A stretch of DNA of 64,000 nucleotides from Chrysomallon squamiferum (taxonomy: Eukaryota > Animalia > Mollusca), in assembly GCA_012295275.1 (NCBI GenBank), contig CM022672.1, positions 35,030,001 through 35,094,000 on the forward strand. Reading direction: 5' to 3'. The notes under the pieces were generated by a model. The model saw only the letters and a list, made by a program, of their open reading frames with translations, made no database searches and was not told where the DNA came from. Position numbers and translations under genes: made by a program. Positions 56,581 to 64,000 of this stretch are shown piece after piece; position 1 is the first letter of the stretch; each line of letters starts with the position of its first letter.

Positions 56581-59500
56581 TCAGCTGTAAGTAGCTTGAT
56601 GCAATTTAAAAAATCTGAATTCAAAACCTGCTTGTTTCATGTACTTTTGTCATACTAAACATTTTTAATAATTTCTGTGAGACAAGAATATTGAAGTTAC
56701 ATAATCAGTGGTAGGATAAATATAAACCTGTTTCTCGTAATGTTTCATAAAGCTGAAGAGTGGAGTATTTTTGGGAATCTCTTCTTTCTTTTAGTTTTTC
56801 ATATGTGTTAGAATCAGGAGATGCTGTCTCACTTTCTCTGTCTGTGGACAAAATAATTAAACACTTCGTTAAATATGTGTATTAGAAATCTTAAAGATAA
56901 TAAATATCTAAATAAAATTAAAAATTGAGGAAGACGATAAATTAAAATTGTAATGAACTCAACCTGCATATTTGAAGATAAACAAAACAAAAACAAAAAC
57001 AAACTTACCAGTGACAGGCTGTGGTGACATGTTTGTAACATCTCTGTTTATTTGCCCACATTGAACAGATAAACTTTATTGGTTAATAAAAAGCAATTAA
57101 GAATACGACTGTTAAAATAAAATATTTGAAAAAAGATAAATATTTAGTTTCATTTTCAGAATTAATGGAGTGTGTGTGTGTGTGTGTATGTGTGTGTGTA
57201 TGTGTTAATCTGTATGAATATATGTTTTTATATTTAATGCCATGTGAATATACACAACAAAATGTATATTATTGTTGTTCTTTTGTTGGATTTTAAAACT
57301 TACTGCCCATTTCTTGAATTGTTTACTGAAAGATAAATATTAAAAATAAATAAATAATTAAATAAAAATAAAGTAAAACAACAAAAAATGAGAAGAAAAC
57401 AACACAACAACAACATATATATGGTTTTAGCAATGTTATTTTCAGAATATACTAGTGATATATGATGGTGTTTGTTCTTAAATCATAAAAATAGGTGTAA
57501 TTGGTAATTAGGTAATTATCTTTCTTCTAAGAGAAATGTGTTTCCTCTTGGAATAAAACAGAGACAGATACTTCAGTACTGATAGAAGACGACAACATTG
57601 TCTTCCATGTGTTTATTACAGATTTCAGCGTGAGAAAGCATGAGAGAAAAAAAAGAAAAAGAAAAAAAGAAAGATAATTTACGAACATTAGCTAACATTT
57701 TAATTATTATGTGGTATAGACTATTTCACAGTTACAAGAGGAACAAAACAATACATGAATAATGAATCACCATGTTTATTGTGCAGCTTTCTCCGATGTA
57801 TCACAATCACTGTCACAATCACTGTAATCACTATTAATGGAAGAACGCTGCCAGCAACTCCTCCAATAATAACTCCAGTATTTGCACTAGAAGACGTTTT
57901 TACTAATAGAAGGAAATAATAAATTGTTTAATAGAAATTCATATAATTCAAAAAAAAAAAAATAAAAAAAAAAAAAAAAAAAAAAAATGATGATCCTGGA
58001 TTTAGAACATATTTATAATTTATTATATAACCTAATTTTGTTTTCAAAATCATGTTTAAGAAGAGGCTATAATTCAGAGTTAGATGAATTGGTATGAGAC
58101 GTTAATGTTTTTTTACACTTTTTACAAAGAATGTTTGTTCCTGCTTCTAAGAAAGTGAATACCAAGATCATTTGATTCTAAATAACAAAACCAGCCTGTG
58201 TGGTAGCAGAATATTTACTTTGATTTGTAATCAGTACCAGAAACACATTAGTAACTGTTCACTCCAAATTTGCAAAATTACAACACTATTTATCAGTGAT
58301 GAATTGTTGTTCAACATAAAAGTTGTTTGCAAAATTTAAATTGTACCCAATATTAAAATCTGACGTACTAAAGCAACGATACTTCATTTTTATACACAGA
58401 CACACATACAAGTGCTTAGATATCAAAATACGCAGCCTTGATCTTTCTTATAAAATGAAGTTATGTTTCATTTTCTTAATTTGTATTATTATTTTTCAAA
58501 TACTTTTAATTTAAACAATAACAATGCAGAAACTCCTGTACAGTAATCTTTGGTCTATAATGTTATGGTGAGACAAAACAAGAATAAAAAACCAGTGCAT
58601 TTCTGTTTAAATAAAATATATTCAACTGAAATGATTAGAAGATGCTACCTTTAGTCTCTATGGTTATTTCAGATGTAAATGGACTGCTAAAACTCTGAAG
58701 ACATACGTATGTCCTGAGTTTAATCCTGTGATGTTCACAAAAACAACTTCATCTCTTTCAGCATGTTCATTGTACCACTGTTGTATCCAGTCAGACTTTG
58801 TTTCTGTGTCTCTGTATTCCACTAAAAATCTCTGAGTGTATTGACCTCCAGCAAAATCTGCTGTCCACTTTAGAAATACAGTGTCAGTTGTAGAACCAAA
58901 TGCTGAGAACGACCTTGGCATGTAAGGTGGTCCTAAGATAAAAAATAAAAATTATGTACGAAAAATTGACTGATTTCTGTTTCTACTTTTTTCTTGTTAT
59001 GTACAAATATTGAAACTAAAGACAACTTTTTATTAAATATTTTACAGAATTAATAACATATTCCATCCTTTTCATCATGCTCATGGTTTTTTCGATCAAA
59101 GAAAATTAACTTATTTACAAATCTTACTTTAATCCCTATTTCAGATTTACTGTTTGTTGATTCTTCAATTTTGCTATTACAATTATTTCCACATTAAGTT
59201 ATGTATTAAATATTATTTTGTATCAATATTATAAAACATATATATATATATTTCATTCTTACACATTTTGCCCAAACAAATATAAATGTAACAAAATGGG
59301 TTGTTTTTGTTGTTGGTTTCAATAAATGTTCTCATATTAAATATATTATCGCCTGTATTTTTACTGGTCGTGTTTATTGTAAAGACATCTGACAGTGACA
59401 ATGCAGTGTTCATCTATGTTTAACACATTTGGCGGCTGGCAACACTGTCACTTACCTGAAATGAACATCTTTTCTCTTCTCGGATTAAAAGTGATTTAGA

Positions 59501-62084
59501 TATAAATGTTCCCATAAAGTTTGTCACATAAAACACCCAGAGGTTTAAGGATTTGACTTCAGCTCTGACCACATCCAAAGATATGTGAGGTGATATACAG
59601 AAATAGTAATAACAATCATAATGAAACATACTTCAACACAATCATCAGAAATCAAAAGAGTACAAACCTGCTTCTGTCAGATTAGTTGAGAAAATGTCAC
59701 AAGTGAAATTATTACACACTTCAAGTCTGTACTGTCCAGTGTCTGACTCTTCAAACATGTTGATGTCCAGTGTAAAGTTGTAGCCGTCATCATGAACAAC
59801 GACATTTTCAAACAAACTCAGAGTTATTTGTGTTTTATTCATTTCAGTTTTAATTCTGGTATCATTAATGCTATCGCTGTTCTTCGTCCACTTGTGTGAC
59901 CTTCTTATTACACTGAGAAAACACTGTTTTGTACAACGTGACTTGTCTGCTCATTTCTTCGACAATACATTCATCTCTCTTGCTCTCCAATGTGATCACT
60001 GGTTTTCCTGAGGACATCATCAACACCGTTAACATCAAAGTTATTATAACATGATGTAAATGAATCTTTCTCTACTTCTAATTTCTTATTTCTAATAGAT
60101 GTACTGCAGCATCTATAGTCAAAGTAACCAGTTCTGATTAACAATTACTTCTAGTTCCAAATACGTCTGGGCATCAAAGACAATGGTATGTGTTTTCCTG
60201 TGCAAAACTACATACATTAAAACATTTTGGTCACTCCGAACAATGATGTCACTTTCTATGTGAGTAAGTCAGAAATGTAAGTTTTGTTTCTTGAAGTCAT
60301 CAAACAATCTGATGAAGAAAGTTAATTATTTCAATGAAAGAAAATGAATTTGAATGATGGTATTTTTTTCTATATAAAAAGTGTCTGTTACAATTAAACT
60401 GATATGATACTGATTTCTATGCTGTTTTAACTGTTAACATACTTTAAAGAATACACAATAAAATAACTCACCTTTGACAACTATTAAAATTGTGTTGCTT
60501 TGAATCAATGTGTTGTTTGTATCTGTGACTGTATTGTCTACCAGACACTGATATGTACCAGAATCTTTGTAACTAGCAGACTGCACTGTCCAAACATATT
60601 TGTTTCTTTCTTCTTTAGTACCTTCCACCCTTCTCACAAACTGGTCTCTCCAGCTCTGTTGAAAACCGTGAAATGTGTAAGTGTCTGGTCGACCAAAAGC
60701 CTCACATGTGACAGTCAGTTTGTGTCCTTCACTTGTTGTCTGACTTGTCACTTCTACATCAGGAGCATCTGTTTAACATTACAAAACATTTTAAACTTTA
60801 AAAAAAATCATTTCATTCAGAATTCGAAGTAAACACTACTATTATTATTAACCATAACAAGAAAATACTTTATACATTTTACTACAATATCATTTTGTGA
60901 TTTGAGAATCTAATTTGAATTTAATGTGCAATAATGTAAAATAACTGAAAAAAGTCCAAAACTAAGAAAAAATAACTTACAGTTCACTATAATTTCAATT
61001 TGTGAGGTTCCTGTCAGTGTTCCCAGTGCTGAGGTTCCTGTTGCTTTACACGTATATGTACCGTGCTGCCCTCTGTCAAGTGCTGCTATCTCTAAAGGGA
61101 GACCACCCTTCCATGGTGTATCTGAATCTGATGTCCAAGTAATTGTAGAGTTTGGAGGATTGCTGTCTGCAGTACAGTCTATCTTCTCCAGGTTTTGTCC
61201 TTCTCGCTTTGTGATTGGTCCAGATTTATCAACAGTTACTCGTGGACTGTCTGCAAGAAATTAAATCATTATTTACTTGTTTTTACTTTTTACTTTGGTT
61301 TCCAGTAGAATATATTTATGTTAAGCAAACAACGAAGTCTTCTAAATAATAATTAAATGATTTATAATTATACTTTTTTATGGTGACAAACATTAGAGTT
61401 ATTGTTTTTCAATCCACTTACATTTTTTCCATATAAAACTTCATTTTCTCAATACAAATTTAATTCTTATTTTAGTATACAGTTAATAACAGAAACAGAT
61501 ACTCATTTATTCACTAACTTAGTCAATTATGATATAATCATTAATATATCAGTTACTGTTTTCTTAATCACACTGTCACAAGTTTCAATAAATCACGGAA
61601 CTAAAAAAAAAAAAATAACAAAGAACTATGTTCACTACTCACAGAAAACATTGAGTGTTGTATCAGGTGAAAAATTCACTTCATTTTTGTGTAGTGTAAA
61701 GTTATTTTCAGCCTCACACCTGAATGTTTGTTTGTTGTCTTTGTAAGTCAGGTTTCTGAACTGCCAGACAGATTTGTTTTGTCCAGATTGTTTGACTCCA
61801 TTTTTATACCAGACGAAGTCAGCTGGAGGATTTCCTTTCTCTGTCACAGAGCACGTCAGATTTCTGTTCTCTTTTTCTAACCAGGGAAAGCTTGAACTTG
61901 CAGTTAAACTTGGGACTGATGGTGGATCTATGAACAGATTTCAATAGTTCAATGAACAAGACAGTGATAAATAAGACAAGTAAATATAGTGTGACAAAAA
62001 TGTAGATAATGAAACATGTACGTTTAACAGTTTAAAAATAACAGTAACAAATAGTGAAGAAACGTAAAAAATGACAATGTGGAA

Positions 62085-62643
62085 ACTTACAGTATACAGT
62101 GAACAATATAATAAGACCACTTACAGTACACAGTGAACAATATAATAAGAGCACTTACATCACACAGTGAACAATGTAATAAGAACACTTACACTACACA
62201 GTGAACAATGTAATAAGACCACTTACACTACACAGTGAACAATATAATAAGAACACTTACACTACACAGTGAACAGTGTAATAAGACCACTTACAGTACA
62301 CAGTGAACAATATAATAAGAACACTTACACTACACAGTGAACAATGTAAAAATAACACTTACAGTACACAGTGAACAATGTAATAAGAACACTTACACTA
62401 CACAGTGAACAATGTTATAAGAACACTTACAGTACACAGTGAACAATGTAATAAGAACACTTACAGTACACAGTGAACAATGTAATAAGAACACTTACAG
62501 TACACAGTGAACAATGTAATAAGAACACTTACAGTAGATAGTGAACAATGTAATAAGAACACTTACAGTACACAGTGAACAATGTAAAAAGCACACTTAC
62601 ACTTCACAGTGAACAATGTAAGAACACTTACAGTACACAGTGA
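62085..62643 (-). repeat. 34-bp minisatellite, 17 copies, each with the exon-end/GTAAGT donor of Ig exon 62632-62928
   Basis: Plus-strand acttac at 62085 and every 34 bp to 62595, then 62626 (the true donor). Unit acttacagtacacagtgaacaatgtaataagaac. Confidence 0.95.
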
Positions 62644-64000
62644 GAGTTTTGGTGTCAGTGTCGCTGTATCTGCCTGTCTTGTGCTGAGCACTGCACTGAT
62701 AAGTCTTCGTGTTAACATTTCTAGTAATCACAAAATTCAAATCTACTACGACAGTGTTGCCAATAATCTGTGATGATGTCTTAGTGTGACCTCCAAAACA
62801 AGACAACGTTGCTGATGTCACCAAAGGATTTCCTCCAGTGACAACACATGACAGGTTTAGTGTGTCACCTTCATACACAGCATTTCCTGTCTCGTATACT
62901 GATATTACAGGTGGCTTCGGTGGCGGATCTGTAACAGAAAAGTATGTTTGTAAGAATGTGTTATATTACTCAGTTTTACATAAACAGATGCCTTTTTTTC
63001 TTATTACTTTTCTTTTTTGCAGGCTATTGTGAGACAGATCAAAAGTTATTTGACGAAAACAAGTATTTTCATATATATACAGATCTGTTTTTACTCAGTG
63101 ATGTGGCTTTACCAAACATTGATTAGATAATATTATAATTAAATTAATATAAAAATATATACAACAACACATGTTTTAAGCACTATAATAAAATATGCTA
63201 TTGAATATTTGAAGTCTCATGAAAAAATATCACAAACATAACATTATTAACTATGAGTTAGTATTATGTGTTTTTCAGTGACATGAAGTAGGTCTTACAC
63301 TGTACATTAAGCTGTATTTTGTTTGTGGATGTCACATCTGAATCTCCTCTCTTCTCCATCAGACTGTTTATAGCAGCACAGAAAACACTGTCACCATGAT
63401 GACGTCTGTCAGCAGTGTAGCTGTAGTTCACGGAGGTATTTCAGTCACGTGTAGTAGGTGTAGCAGGTGATCCAGGTAAAGCGAAGTTACTACCTGACTT
63501 GTCTTGTCTGTACCACGACACCTGAGATGTTGTGGGTGCAGGTTTTGCTCCTTGTATAAAACAGGTGAACTCAACTGATCTTCCTTCCACAACAACAACA
63601 GAACCTGGAGTAGATCCTGAAACCTCCAGAGTAACTGTTGTAACTGGAGCTGAAAATGTAGTAAGTTTTAAATAATGACTTTATGTATTTTAATAATCAA
63701 AGTTCATAAATCGCACACACGTTTTATATATACTATTTTCGCTTTGGATATGATCTGTGTTGTTGTATAAATAAATATATCTATAAAGGAACTTTGCGGT
63801 CATTTTGGTAACTCTCTCTCTCTCTCCCTCTCTCTCTCTCTCCCTCTCTCTCTCTCTCTCAAGCTCTATCTCTTTTTTCTATTTTGTTAAGGTGAGAATT
63901 TTAACCTTTGTATTGTCATTTGGACTAAAGAAATAACATTATTAATGTGCACGCAATCATTTATCTTGTCTTTAGGAACTTTTAAACTTAACCCATATTT

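Larger units (their letters stand above)
55494..63649 (-). pseudogene. Multi-Ig + FN3 single-pass receptor (nephrin/Siglec-like architecture) with ITAM-like tail, disrupted; 5' end lies beyond the window
   Basis: Ig exons 63299-63649 (in-frame TGA at 63441-63443), 62632-62928, 61643-61927, 60981-61250, 60472-60768, 59668-60007 (340 nt, frameshift); FN3 58649-58932 (284 nt, frameshift); TM 57771-57902 (GVIIGGVAGSVLPLIVITVIVTVIVIHRRK); cytoplasmic 57304-57325, 57009-57043, 56728-56841, 55897-56007; tentative last exon 55494-55513. Confidence 0.85.

Noticed and set aside
62085-62643. CRISPR-like regular array
   Set aside because: Units are head-to-tail with no unique spacers, the context is a eukaryotic intron, and there are no cas genes.
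63441-63443. In-frame TGA as selenocysteine or readthrough
   Set aside because: It is not at a conserved Cys position, no SECIS was recognised, and the gene has two additional frameshifts.

Overview
AT-rich, intron-rich animal genomic DNA, probably a mollusc or other lophotrochozoan (inferred from gene content and repeat style, not established). It reads as a cluster of cell-surface receptor genes. (1) 555-13982 (+): the 3' part of a receptor protein tyrosine phosphatase with at least 10 symmetric phase-1 MEGF10/SCARF-type EGF exons, an intact D1 domain and a degenerate D2 domain. (2) About 20.0-26.4 kb (+): an orphan gene with a housekeeping-type promoter and a 547-aa repeat-containing ORF. 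(3) 35.6-39.6 kb (-): a gene with a signal exon and three near-identical 318-nt V-like Ig exons. (4) 45.5-51.2 kb (-): a divergent paralog with a single V-like Ig exon. (5) 55.5-63.6 kb (-): a multi-Ig + FN3 + TM receptor with two duplicated ITAM-like exons, carrying three disabling lesions. Decayed transposons lie between them (Tc1, pogo/Tigger, hAT, possible Harbinger-MADF, Gypsy, L1/Tx1), plus a possible viral remnant. Two minisatellites have amplified real splice sites: an acceptor 4 times and a donor 17 times. All exon structures were read and translated by eye; no database search was run.
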